Source: Octopus vulgaris (taxonomy: Eukaryota). From it: a stretch of DNA of 64,000 nt. Position numbers and translations under genes: made by a program. The notes under the pieces are model-generated. The model was not told where the DNA came from, did not search any database, and saw nothing but the letters and a program-made list of their open reading frames with translations. This document shows positions 1 to 10,974 of the stretch, one piece after another. Where the stretch lies: contig OX597824.1 of the NCBI GenBank assembly GCA_951406725.2, positions 11,470,001 through 11,534,000 on the forward strand, written 5' to 3'. Each line of letters starts with the position of its first letter. Within the stretch, counting starts at the first letter, position 1.

Positions 1-371
1 GTTGAGTCCAGTGTTCAACTGGCACTTATTTTATCGACCCTAAAAGGATAAAAGGTCAAGTTGACCTCAGTGGAGTTTGAACCTGGAACATAAAGATGGA
101 TGAAATGCCACTAAGCATTTTGCTTAGTGCAGTAATGATTCTACTGGCTTATCCCTGAACCCGGAACCATGTGGTTGGTAAGCAAGCTACTTACCCCACA
201 GCCACTCCTGAGTACCAAACCTTCTTATGGGACCAAGCCAATTACCATCCTCAACAAAGCATCACCAAACACCATTGTTCTTTTCTTTTTTTTTTTTTAC
301 AAATTCTAGTGTTTAACTGTTTTGCTTTAATTCTTTTATACCCTCTTCCTTGGATTGGTAACACCATGCAG

Positions 372-488
372 AAGAAGCAGTCATGGAAGAAAGAGTGCCC
401 AAAATTGACTACAAGCCACCTCCAATTATACCAAAAGAAGAGAAAGGAAGTGGCACCAATAAGAAGACATATTTTGTCTGCAATGAGC
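372..488 (+). CDS. RSPH4A: Radial spoke head protein 4A/6A-like, internal exon (first visible in window)
   Basis: Pyrimidine tract then CAG|; reads (E)EAVMEERVPKIDYKPPPIIPKEEKGSGTNKKTYFVCNE(P), then |GTAAGT. Resembles the RSPH4/6 'PK..YK.P..IPKE...G.NK..YFVCNEPG' segment, and the phase fits the next exon. The acceptor could shift by 3/6/9 nt (CAG AAG AAG CAG). Confidence 0.85.
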
Positions 489-1811
489 GTAAGTACTCTC
501 TCTGTCTATTTATAGATTTCAAATTTCGGCACAATGCCAGCATTTATGGAGGAGGCAGGTAAGCTGATAACAGTGGCCCCAGTGCCAAACAGGTACATAT
601 TTTATCAACTCTGAGAGGATGAAAGGCAAAGTTGATTCTGGTGGAATTTGAACTCAGGATGTAAAGACGAACGAAATTCCAATAAGAATTTTGCCTGGCG
701 TGCTAATGATTCCTTTTCTACTCTAGGCACAAGGCTCGAAATGTTTGGGAAGGGGGTTGCCAGTCAATTAGATCAACCCCAGTACACAACAGGTACTTAA
801 TTTATTGACCCCAAAAGGATGAAAGGCAAAGTTGACCTCAGTGGAATTTTAACTCAGAATGTAGCGGCAGAAGAAATACTTATTTCTTTACTACCCACAA
901 GGGGCTAAACACAGAGGGGACAAAGAAGGACAGACAAACGGATTAAGTCGATTATATCAACCCCAGTGCGTAACTGGTACTTATTTAATCGACCCCGAAA
1001 TGATGAAAGGCAAAGTCGACCTCGGCGGAATTTGAACTCAGAACGTAGCGAAATACTGCTAAGCATTTCGCCCAGCGAGCTAACGTTTCTGCCAGCTCAA
1101 AAAATAGCTTTTGTTTGGTGCAACACAAAGCACGGTATTATGCTTGTAAAGTATCCGCATTTCATTGGTCTACTGCTAGTCTCGTGATTTGAACGTAACC
1201 TAAAATAGTTAAGATAATGCATGGGATGGCGAGCGCATGCACCTAGCGAATGTAAACATACGTCAGCCCCTAAAAAGTCCGTGATAGATGTAGGGCAGTT
1301 CTACATTGTATATTTACATTAGCCATGGGTAGGCAAGCAAAAGTAAGGCAGTGAGCTGGCAGAAACGTTAGCATGCTGGGTGAAATGCTTAGCAGTATTT
1401 CGTCTGCTGCTACGTTCTGAGTTCAAATTCTGCCGAGGTTGACTTTGCCTTTCATCCTTTCGGGGTCGATAAATTAAGGACCGGTTACACACTGCGGTTG
1501 ATATAATCGACTTAATACGTTTGTCTGTCTTTGTTTGTCCCCTCTGGGTTTAGCCCCTTGTGTCTCCTTATCTTTACATCACATGATAGTTGTAAATGAA
1601 TGTCACTGTTATATAAGCAACATCATTCATTTCCAAAATCTTGCAGTCATGCCTGGCCATGGGGAAATAATACCTGGCTTGGAAACAGGTGAAGATTGGT
1701 CTCAAGAAGGGAATCCAGCCATAGAATTAAAACCTTGTCCAACCCATGCAAGCATGGAAAAATGAACATTAAAATGATGATGATGAATATTTATTACACC
1801 TGCATATATAC

Positions 1812-2150
1812 TTGCTGGGGCTGCCTGCTGGAGCCTAGTGGCAGGTATTTAAAGGGAAAATTTAACAAGTCAGCCAGTCACCGGCTGACACTCGCTGACG
1901 ATACATCGAAGAGGCCAGGGAACAGAAGAAAGAAGAAGAAAGAAGACATGCACCCAACACCAGAGCTGAAGACACCTCCGAAAGGGGTTGCCCCGCCACG
2001 TCAAAACGGTTGAGGAGTAGGGGCTGAAACTGGACGTGGTTCCTCTTGATGATGTCTTGAGCTAACTGGATCCTATAAAGGAGTTGTTGTTGTAGCAGAC
2101 CACGAAACACAGTTGTAACTCCTGTTAGTTTTAGTGAGTTTGCAAATCCT
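1812..2150 (+). mobile_element. Probable degenerate 3' end of an RLE/HERO-like retrotransposon
   Basis: GC-richer island carrying the same 3' UTR fold as 60841-61267; weak 'SASHRL' echo of 'KASHWI'. Confidence 0.4.
1964..2063 (+). ncRNA. Permuted/pseudoknotted hammerhead-like RNA motif, copy 2 (C3U)
   Basis: CGGUU-GAGGA-GUA-GGGGC-U-GAAACUG-GACGUGG-U-UCCUC-UUGAUGA-UGUCUU; same helix order as 61090-61203 with different stem sequences. Confidence 0.55.
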
Positions 2151-2512
2151 TAAAACAATTTTTTATAACTAGATTCCATCTCTTCTACTAATAAACAAAA
2201 AAAAAAACGATTGAAAAACTGAACTGTAGACTCATCTTTTCTCTTCCACAGCTGACAGCTGTCATTGTGTTGCCTCCATTAAGAGGAAACAGCTGCAGAT
2301 TGTAGATATATACTTTTAAGTGTTGGGTGTATTTACATTGTTCCAGGAGACGGCTAGATTATCTCTAATGTAGACCTGGCAAGGTGTTAGTTTGTAAAAT
2401 GAATGACCCTGGAGCAGCTCTTTGAGGCTTGGCATCATTTCTGTTGCTCTACCTAAGACTAGCCTCATCTGTTATTCATTTTTCTCAGAAATGAAAATAA
2501 CTGTTATACAAA

Positions 2513-2910
2513 TAGGCGCAGAAGTGGCTGTGTGGTAAGTAGCTTGCTAACCAACCACATGGTTCCGGGTTCAGTCCCACTGCGTGGCATCTTGGGCAAG
2601 TGTCTTCTGCTATAGCCCTGGGCTGACCAAAGCCTTGTGAGTGGATTTGGTAGACGGAAACTGAAAGAAGCCATCGTATATATATATATATATATATATA
2701 TATGTTTGTGTGTCTGTGTTTGTCCCCCTAGCATTGCTTGACAACCGATGCTGGTGTGTTTATGTCCCCGTCACTTAGCGGTTCGGCAAAAGTGACCGAT
2801 AGAATAAGTACTGGGCTTACAAAGAATAAGTCCCGGGGTCGATTTGCTCGACTAAAGGCGGTGCTCCAGCATGGCCGCAGTCAAATGACTGAAACAAGTA
2901 AAAGAGTAAA
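2513..2910 (+). mobile_element. tRNA-derived SINE family A (CORE-like), full length
   Basis: Head GTGGCTGTGTGGTAAG..GGTTCAGTCCC, internal (TA)n, tail GACTGAAACAAGTAAAAGAG. Other + copies: 23136-23531, 40910-41158, 49441-49880, 53157-53600, 58228-58634. Confidence 0.9.
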
Positions 2911-3097
2911 ATGAAAAATTAAATGCAATTAACCATAATGAATATTCCGTTTTTGGATTTGGTTTGCAAGATTCTTTATGTGAGTTCGTGTGTTGAAGCA
3001 TATTCTGTTGTGTCTGTGGAGAGTCATTTTCTTTTTGTGCCTTATATTATAACACACTCACTGGTAAAATTTCCACTTTTTTCTTATTTTTATTTCC

Positions 3098-3134
3098 CTA
3101 AAATTTTCGTTGCGTCTTGCAACCTTTTCAATAG
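3098..3134 (-). ncRNA. Minimal type I hammerhead motif, U3-A8 core variant
   Basis: Minus strand: CUA-UUGAAAA-G-GUUGC-AAGAC-GCAAC-GAA-AAUU-U-UAG; lies in repeat 2945-3141, whose relatives are at 20335-20522 and 20636-20780. Confidence 0.55.
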
Positions 3135-3317
3135 TCTTGACTCTCATAATAAACAGATTATGGAACAAAAGACCATGCTAAGATAACTCTGTAGATCTCC
3201 CAAAAAGTAGAGTTGCTGTCCTTACTTTTTGACTTGCATGATGCGGTGTATCAAAAGATGTAGTTATATATGTTTGACTGAAGCTAAATGATTATTCTGT
3301 TTGTTTCTTATTTGCAG

Positions 3318-3415
3318 CTGGGAAACCCTGGATACGTTTGCCTCTAGTGACCCCAATACAGATTGTAATTGCCAGACAGATCAAGAAATATTTTACTGGA
3401 AGATTAGATGCCCCA
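3318..3415 (+). CDS. RSPH4A: RSPH4A/6A-like exon
   Basis: TTGCAG|..|GTAAG; (P)[32 protein letters not shown], a conserved radial spoke head motif. Confidence 0.93.
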
Positions 3416-4170
3416 GTAAGTCTTGAAACAATCTTATTTTAATGTAATGACATCATCATCATCATCATCATCGTTTAACATCCGTTTTCCATGCTAGCAT
3501 GGGTTGGACGGTTCAACTGGGGTCTGGGAAGCCAGAAGGCTGCGCCAGGCCCAGTCTGATCTGGCAGTGTTTCTACAGCTGGATGCCCTTCCTAACGCCA
3601 ACCACTCCGTGAGTGCTTTTTACGTGCCACCTGCACAGGTGCCAGACAAGGCTGGCAAACGGCCACGATCGGATGGTACTTTTTACGTGCCACCGGCACG
3701 GAGGCCAGTCATGTTTCAGTAAAAAAAAAAAAGGTATATGTCTCTTGCTATGTCTGCAGTGAGAGCTTTTCTTGTATAAACTGTATGTGTTGCATTGAAA
3801 TTTACTGGCAGCTGTTCCAAGCTTAGCTTTTGGTACCTGAAAAAGTGAACATTTTGTATTTCTCCAACCCTATTAAATCTGATTTACCATTCTCAAAACT
3901 CTTTGGCATTTAGGTTACTCTGTCAAATGTAATGCTTATTTATTCACATTGTTTTGATTTAATCATGCATTATCTTGTAGTTTTGGGATTTCAATGACGT
4001 GATTGTGAGGTATACTTGCCATCTCAATATGGCTAACCACTAAGGGTGGGTGTTACTGTAGCTTGTAGCCCCAGGAGAACATCGTCTCCAGCTGGCTTTA
4101 GGCACACTTTCTGTGCTCTTATGGTATTTGCAAAGGGGGGGTCACCCTTCCCTCGTCAACCTAAGTGATA

Positions 4171-4215
4171 CGCACAGACTGCAGTTTCTAGGTATTGACC
4201 TGTCTTCAGCGTACG
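4171..4215 (-). ncRNA. Type I hammerhead ribozyme motif (Penelope-like element type)
   Basis: Minus strand: CGUACG-CUGAAGA-C-AGGU-CAAU-ACCU-A-GAA-ACUGCAGU-C-UGUGCG; palindromic stem III, GUC cleavage triplet. Confidence 0.7.
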
Positions 4216-4644
4216 ACAATCACCGGTTTTCGATGAAAGAGGGTCCCAATGCAAATATTTATATCGTTTTTCCAGTAACTTTTCATTACTGATCTCGAAA
4301 AACTGTATTTATTAATAATGTGATTATTTAGTTATAAAGCACCATTCGAGCATGATCATTACCGAACCGCTAAGTAACAGGGACATAAACACACCAGCAT
4401 CGGTTGTCAAGCAATGCTAGGGAGACAAACACAGACACACAAACACACACACGCATATGTATATATACATATATACGACGGGCTTCTTTCAGTTTCCATC
4501 TTCCAAATTCACTCACAAGGCTTTGGTCGGCCCGAGGCTATAGTAGAAGACACTTGCCCAAGGTGCCATGCAGTGGGACTGAACCCGGAACCATGTGGTT
4601 GGTAAACAAGCTACTTACCACACAGCCACTCCTGCACCTGTTCC

Positions 4645-5313
4645 CACCTGTAACACAATCTTATGTTGGGTGAATGCGCTTCATATACGAGGTACACTTA
4701 GGAATAGGAGACTGGTGGGGATGCCACGAACAGTATGGACCCCAGAAAATGTGGAATGCGTCAGACAAGCTTTGATATGGAGTCTGAATCGCTCTGCTCT
4801 GCTCAAAGGCATTCCACTGAATTTGGCATCAATAATCAATGAGTAAGGCATATTTTGCATGAAGACCTGTATTTCCACCTGTACAAATTGGTCATTTAGC
4901 AACATTTGAAACCATGGGACTATGCATAACAGCTTGAATTCGAACAACAGATGGATACAATATTTGAAGCAAATGACAACCTCGTTTAGTTAATGAGTGA
5001 TGAAGCTCATTTTTATTTCAATGGCATTGTGAATCAACAGAACTGTCATTACTGGGCTCTTGAAAATCTATGAGAGCAATGTTGCCCAAATTGACAGGGC
5101 AATGCTGAAGAGAGCAGAGGTCAACTTCCAAGAAAGCCTTCAGAAATGATTCAATGAAAAAGGATACCACATAATGAATATTGTTTTCCACACTTGATTT
5201 TGACATATGCTAATTCAATACTAACACATTGAAGTCAATAAAATTTGTTTGCAGTTAAATTTAATGATTTTGTGAATTTTTCAAAAACGCCCGTCCTCTC
5301 TGCTCCACCTGGT
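4645..5313 (+). mobile_element. Decayed Tc1/mariner-superfamily transposon
   Basis: Broken transposase: GMPRTVWTPENVECVRQ.., RHILHEDLYFHLYKL.., MSDEAHF..NGIVNQQNCHYW; ends in a TIR-like ..CTCCACCTGGTA. Confidence 0.75.
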
Positions 5314-5411
5314 AATATGTAGTGTGCTTAGTAACACAGTCACCCAACAAGTGATAGATACATGGTTCAAATCCCATCTTTTCTGTATTAAATTGGTATT
5401 TTATAATGACA

Positions 5412-6019
5412 AATACCTATTTCTTTATTACCCACAAGGGGATAAATACAGAGAGGACAAACAAGGACAGACAAACGGATTAAGTCGATTATATCGACCC
5501 CAGTGTGTAACTGGTACTTATTTAATCGAGTCCGAAAGGATGAAAGGCAAAGTCGACCTCGGTGGAATTTGAACTCAGAACGTTAACGGCAGACGAAATA
5601 CCTATTTCTTTACTACCCACAAGGGGCTAAACACAGAAGGGACAAACAAGGAGAGACAAACGGATTAAGTCGATTATATCGACCCCAGTGTGTAACTGGT
5701 ACTTATTTAATCGACCCCGAAAGAATGAAAGGCAAAGTCGACCTCGGCGGAATTTGAACTCAGAACATTAGCGACAGGCGAAATACCTATTTCTTTACTA
5801 TCCACAAGGGGCTAAACACAGAGAGGACAAACAAGGACAGACATAGGTATTAAGTCGATTACATAGACCCCAGTGCGTAACTGGTACTTAATTTATCGAC
5901 CCCGAAAAGATGGAAGGTAAAGTCGACCTCGGTGGAATTTGAACTCAGAACGTAACGGCAGACAAAATACGGCTACGCATTTCGCCCGGCGTGCTAACGA
6001 TTCTGCCAGCTCGCCGCCT
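5412..6019 (-). mobile_element. tRNA-derived SINE family B (MetaSINE-like) with a triplicated ~185-bp body
   Basis: Domain GACTTTGCCTTTCATCCTTTCGGGGTCGAT repeated three times. Other copies at ~1-150, 520-1098, 1345-1560 (+), 27370-27587, 31510-31900, 34850-35075, 37535-37735, 40695-40910. Confidence 0.8.
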
Positions 6020-6073
6020 ATTTATAATGACAAATACCATCATATAATGTATGTGGTTCTTTATTTCTCCTAG

Positions 6074-6215
6074 ATAATCACATATCCTCCATTTCCTGGT
6101 AATGAAATGAACTACCTTCGAACTCAAATAGCACGCATCAGTGCTGGCACCCAGGCCTCAATGATGGGGTTCTATCAATTTGATGAGGAAGAGGAAGAGG
6201 AAGAAGAAGGCGAGG
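6074..6215 (+). CDS. RSPH4A: RSPH4A/6A-like exon
   Basis: CCTAG|..|GTAAG; [47 protein letters not shown]. Confidence 0.95.
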
Positions 6216-7141
6216 GTAAGTCCCAGAACATCTCATGTTTCCATTTTTGTTGTTTGTTCCTTCCCGAGCCATGCTTGGCTCATAAGGGCCGGTTACCCGG
6301 TTTCTTGGCGTATAGGTTCCCCACCTGGATGGGACGCTGGTCCGTCACAGGTGAGCTGCAAGATGCAGGAGGAAAGAGTGAGAGAAAGTTGTGGTGAAAG
6401 AGTCAGCAGAAGTTAGCCATTACCTTCTGCAGGAGCCGCGTGGAACTTAAGTGTTTCGCTCATAAACACACACATCGCCTGGTCTGAGATTCGAACCCGC
6501 GATCCCTCGACCGCGAGTCCGCTGCTCTAACCAATAGGCCATGTGCCTCCACCATGTTTCCATTAGCTGTTGTTTTATCAATTCCTCTTTTATCTTTTGC
6601 TTGTTCCAGTCATTGGACTGTGGCCATGCTGGGGCACCGCCTTGAAAGGTTTGTTTGAAAGAATCAACCCTGGTGCTTATGTTTTTTTTTGTGTGTGTGT
6701 GTGTTTTATTTTGGCAAGTCTGGTACATTTTCTATCAGTCTCTTTTGCTGAACCACTAAGTTATGGGGAGGTAAGCAATCCAACACTGGTTGTCAAGCAG
6801 TGGTGAAGGACAAACACACACGCACATATGTATGCATGCACATGCACACACACACACACACACACATGATGGGCTTCTTTCAGTTTCCTTCTACCAGATC
6901 TACTCACAAAACTTTGGTCAGCCTGAAACTATAACAGAGGACAATTGCCCAAGGTGCCACACAGTGGCACTGAACATGAAACCACGTGGTTGAGAAATTA
7001 TCTTCTTACCACATAGCCACCTTGCACTTATAAGCAAAAACACATCTCCAGCCTGCTCTTGGAGATGCTATGTATTGAACCTGGGGCCTTTTGCATGCAA
7101 AGCAAAGACTCTACCATTGAGCCACATCCCGCTCAAATGCT

Positions 7142-7363
7142 TACTCTCTCTCTTTACTCTTTTACTTGTTTCAGTCATTTGACTGCGGCCATGCTGGAGC
7201 ACCACCTTTAATCGAGCAACTCAACCCCGGGACTTATTCTTTTTGTAAGCCCAGTACTTATTCTATCGGTCTCTTTTGCCGAACCGCTAAGTAACGTGGA
7301 CGTAAACACACCAGCATCAGTTGTCAAGCAATGGTAGGGGGACAAACACAGACACACAAACAT

Positions 7364-7422
<59 letters not shown>

Positions 7423-7587
7423 CATATATACGACAGGCTTCTTTCAGTTTCCGTCTAACAAATCCACTCACAAGGCTTTGGTCGGCCTGAGGCTATAGTA
7501 GAAGACACTTACCCAAGGTGCCACGCAGTGGGACTGAACCCGGAACTATGTGGTTGGTAAACAAGCTACTTACCACACAGCCACTCC
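7142..7587 (-). mobile_element. SINE family A, minus-strand copy
   Basis: Reverse complement of 2513-2910. Other - copies: 4365-4639, 6590-7030, 22000-22180, 22612-22975, 32908-33351, 49960-50230, 54016-54409, 60330-60580. Confidence 0.9.
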
Positions 7588-7643
7588 ATTGCTTCCCAAT
7601 GTTCAAATCATTTTTTTCATTTCAATCTTTTGCTTCTTTCCAG

Positions 7644-7750
7644 TACGAGACACTTACATCGAAAACATTGACTTTGATGGACTCACAATGAGGGAACTGT
7701 GCGAATCCTTAAGTAACTGGGTCCATCATACCTTGCACATTTTACCGCAG
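7644..7750 (+). CDS. RSPH4A: RSPH4A/6A-like exon
   Basis: TTCCAG|..|GTCAGT; (V)[35 protein letters not shown]. Confidence 0.93.
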
Positions 7751-7898
7751 GTCAGTTTACTTCTCTCTCTCTCTCTCTGTCTCTCTCTCTTGTTTTCTTC
7801 TATCTTATTTACTTCACTCTCTATTTCTCTCTTTTCCCCCACTCTCCCTTTGTTTCTATCTCTTTCACTCTATATTTCTCTACCTCTCTCTCTCTTTT

Positions 7899-7929
<31 letters not shown>

Positions 7930-8122
7930 TTCCTTCTCTTTCTCTTCCTGCTTCACTTTCTCTCCCTCTTTTAATGTACTTATTTATCCCATGCAAGTAT
8001 AGAAAAACAGATATTAAGATGGTGATGACGATGACGACAACAGCGACAATAACGATGATGATGATGATGACGATGCTGCTACTGCTGCTGCTGTTGTTGT
8101 TGTTGTTAAGCAACAAGACGGG

Positions 8123-8750
8123 TAAGGGTGATTAGGTGATGGTCTAGGGCTTAGGGGCAGGAGACCCCAGACCTTGGGGGAGGGGGAACTTTGGTCGTCT
8201 TGTTGTAGTCGAGGGCTCTTCGTTGACGCCCGACACCACTGGGAGGTGTGACCCTCGAAGTCGCTGGAAGTGGAGATCTCCAGGTCCAAATTCTTGAACG
8301 GCTGTTGTTGATGCTGATGTTGTTGGAGGCGATGGTGGTGGTGGTGGTAGTGGTAGTGGTGGTGGTGGTGGTGGTGGTGGTGGTGGTGGTGGTGGTGGTG
8401 GTGGTGGTGGTGGTGGTGGTGGTGGTGGTTGTGGTGGTGGTGGTGGTGGTTGTGGTGGTGGTGGTTGTGGTGGTGGTGGTTTGTGGTGGTGGTGGTTGTG
8501 GTGGTGGTGTTGCTACTGTTGTTGATTCTGATGTCGTTGTTGTTGTTGTTGTTAAGATGGCTAAGGGTGATTAGGTGATGGTCCTAGGGCTTAGGGGCGG
8601 GAGACCCCAGACCTTGGAAAAAAAAAGAAAAAAACATTGGTCATCTTGTTGTAGTCGAGGGCTCTTCGTTGACGCCCGACACTACTGGGAGGTGTGACCC
8701 TCGAAGTCGCTGGAAGTGGAGATCTCCAGGTCCAAATTCTTGAACGGCTG
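8123..8750. repeat. Two ~185-bp direct repeats flanking a (GGT)n/(GTT)n microsatellite
   Basis: 8123-8304 matches 8562-8750; (GGT)n at 8333-8510. Confidence 0.9.
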
Positions 8751-8974
8751 CTACTGCTGCTGCTGATGATGATGATGACAATAACATCACTGGCAATGGT
8801 GATGACTACAACAGCAGCATCAGCAGCAGTGCCAGCACCAATGGTACCAACTTAGGTTTCTGCTGCTCTGTTTCATGATAAGAAAATCTCACGTCTCTCT
8901 TTCTTTTGTCCTGAAACATTTGTAAACCTCTTTCAGCTTCTCCTCTCTGTTATGTATACACAAAGCCTTCGTGT

Positions 8975-9729
8975 GAACGTGACCTGGGTGTTATTGTCGA
9001 CAGCGATTTGCCTTGGACAAAACATATCGCTAAAATTGCCAAGAAGGCTGAGGGTGTCTTGGCATCACTCACCAAGTCCTTTGTGAGCTGCTCTCCGGCT
9101 ACCTATCTGCGACTTTATATAGCTATGGTAAGACCTCACCTGGAATTTGCATCACCGGTCTGGAACCCCTATCTTGCCCAGGATATTTATCGTCTGGAAG
9201 CCGTTCAGCAACGTGCAACCAAAAGAATACCCTCCATCAGGCATTTGCCATATTCTGAACGCCTTACTTCCCTGGGCATGGACACATTGAAACTCCGACG
9301 TCTGGCAGATGACTTGGCAGACACCCATAAAATTATTAACCATCTTACAAACAATAACTCTGAGCACCTTTTCAAACTCCACCCGTCTAACACCCCTGGA
9401 CATGATTACAAAGTCAGAAAACAGCACAGCTCCCATGACTTTAGGAAGCATTTTTTTCACGCTGAGAGTTGCTGAAGCAAGGAACAAACTGCCGGCATCA
9501 GTCGTTAGTTGTCGGAGCACTGCATCCTTCAAAACTTCCATGCTTCCTGAGATTCGCCAACACTACACCTGATTTTCTTCCCTCCATACACATACAAGCA
9601 TGTATCTGACTCATACACTGTTCACTTCCCAGACATTTGTATATTACTGCACATACTTTATACGCACTTTCTGACAAGTTGTGGGACACCTGAACACTGT
9701 ATACAATAATTTCATTATTATTATTATAT
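8975..9729 (+). mobile_element. CR1-clade LINE 3' fragment
   Basis: DLGVIVDSDL..LYIAMVRPHLEFASPVWNPY..LEAVQQRATK..YSERL..L..RR..FF.LRV...NKLP; one frameshift near 9455; 3' UTR and (ATT)n tail. Confidence 0.9.
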
Positions 9730-10974
9730 AACATCCAGTTTCTCTCACTGCCTTATCTGTTACTGTTGATTTAGATCACTTTAAAACAGTTTATATCATA
9801 AAACCAAGGACAGGCTCAAGTGGATTATAATTTGTAGGTCATGGATTATAATTTATAATAATTTCTTTATGAATGGTTCTGTACAAAAACGAATATTGTC
9901 CAGACGACTGAAGAAATTAAGCGAGAAAGATGAAATTAGTCAAGGGAAGTAATTCATTTAAAAATCCATTAAAATAGTTATATTTATCTCCCTTGAACAA
10001 TGTTCACTGCCAGTTTAGACTTTAACAAACAATCTTTTTGGTACGTAACAGTTTTCCCCTGTGAGAACAAGCGTATGTTACGTAAATTTTGATGTCTTTG
10101 TGTTAGGCGGACAATTGGGATATTTTTTTTTAAGTAAGGAATTGTTTTTGGAATTTTGTGAAGAGCCAACTGGAATATGGCTAAGTCTTTTAGTTTTTTT
10201 CTTTTTGGATTATCTTATTAGTTTCTGATTGTATTCACGAAGCGAAAGATGTGCAATTAATTGGGTATGGTAGATTAAAAAGACCCCAGTAGCTATTTCT
10301 TGGACTCAAAAATGATGCAATATAAAAGTCGAACCAGAGGGATATTAAACTTTATTTTTATACTGATCTAGAGGATAAGGGAAGAGGAATAGGACGGGAT
10401 AGGGAGGGAGGAGAGGAGAAAGAAGAGGAAGGGTAGGAGGGAAAAGATAAAGGGAGGAGGAAGAAGGGCGGTGAAAGGGGAGGAAGTAGAGGAGGAGGAG
10501 GAGAAAAAGAGGAGTGTCTGTGACCTTTTCAAGAACTTTGAAATTAGACAGATAAATAGATAGATTGGTACATATATAGCTTACCCTACAGGTGTGTGAC
10601 CTGGAGTGAGCCTTGCTGCTGGGTGTTATAGCTTATTTGTTAGTTCCTTCTTGAGCCATGCCTGGCTCATAAGGGCCGGTTTCCCGGTTTCCTTAGCGTA
10701 TAGGTTCCCAACCTGGACGGGACGCTTGTCCGTCGCAGGTGAGCTGCAAGATGCAGGAGGAAAGAGTGAGAAAAAGTTCTGGCGAAAGAGTCAGCAGAAG
10801 TTCGCCATTACCTTCTGCCTGAGCCTTATGAAGCTTAGGTGTTTCACTCATAAACACACATCTCTCAACCGGTCTGAGATTCAAACCCATGATCCCTTGA
10901 CTACGAGTCCGCTGCTCTAATCACTGGGCAATATGCCTCCACTATAGCGGGCGGGCGGACGGACGGACGGATGG

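Noticed and set aside
8248-8574. Poly-valine ORF
   Set aside because: Translation of a (GGT)n microsatellite.
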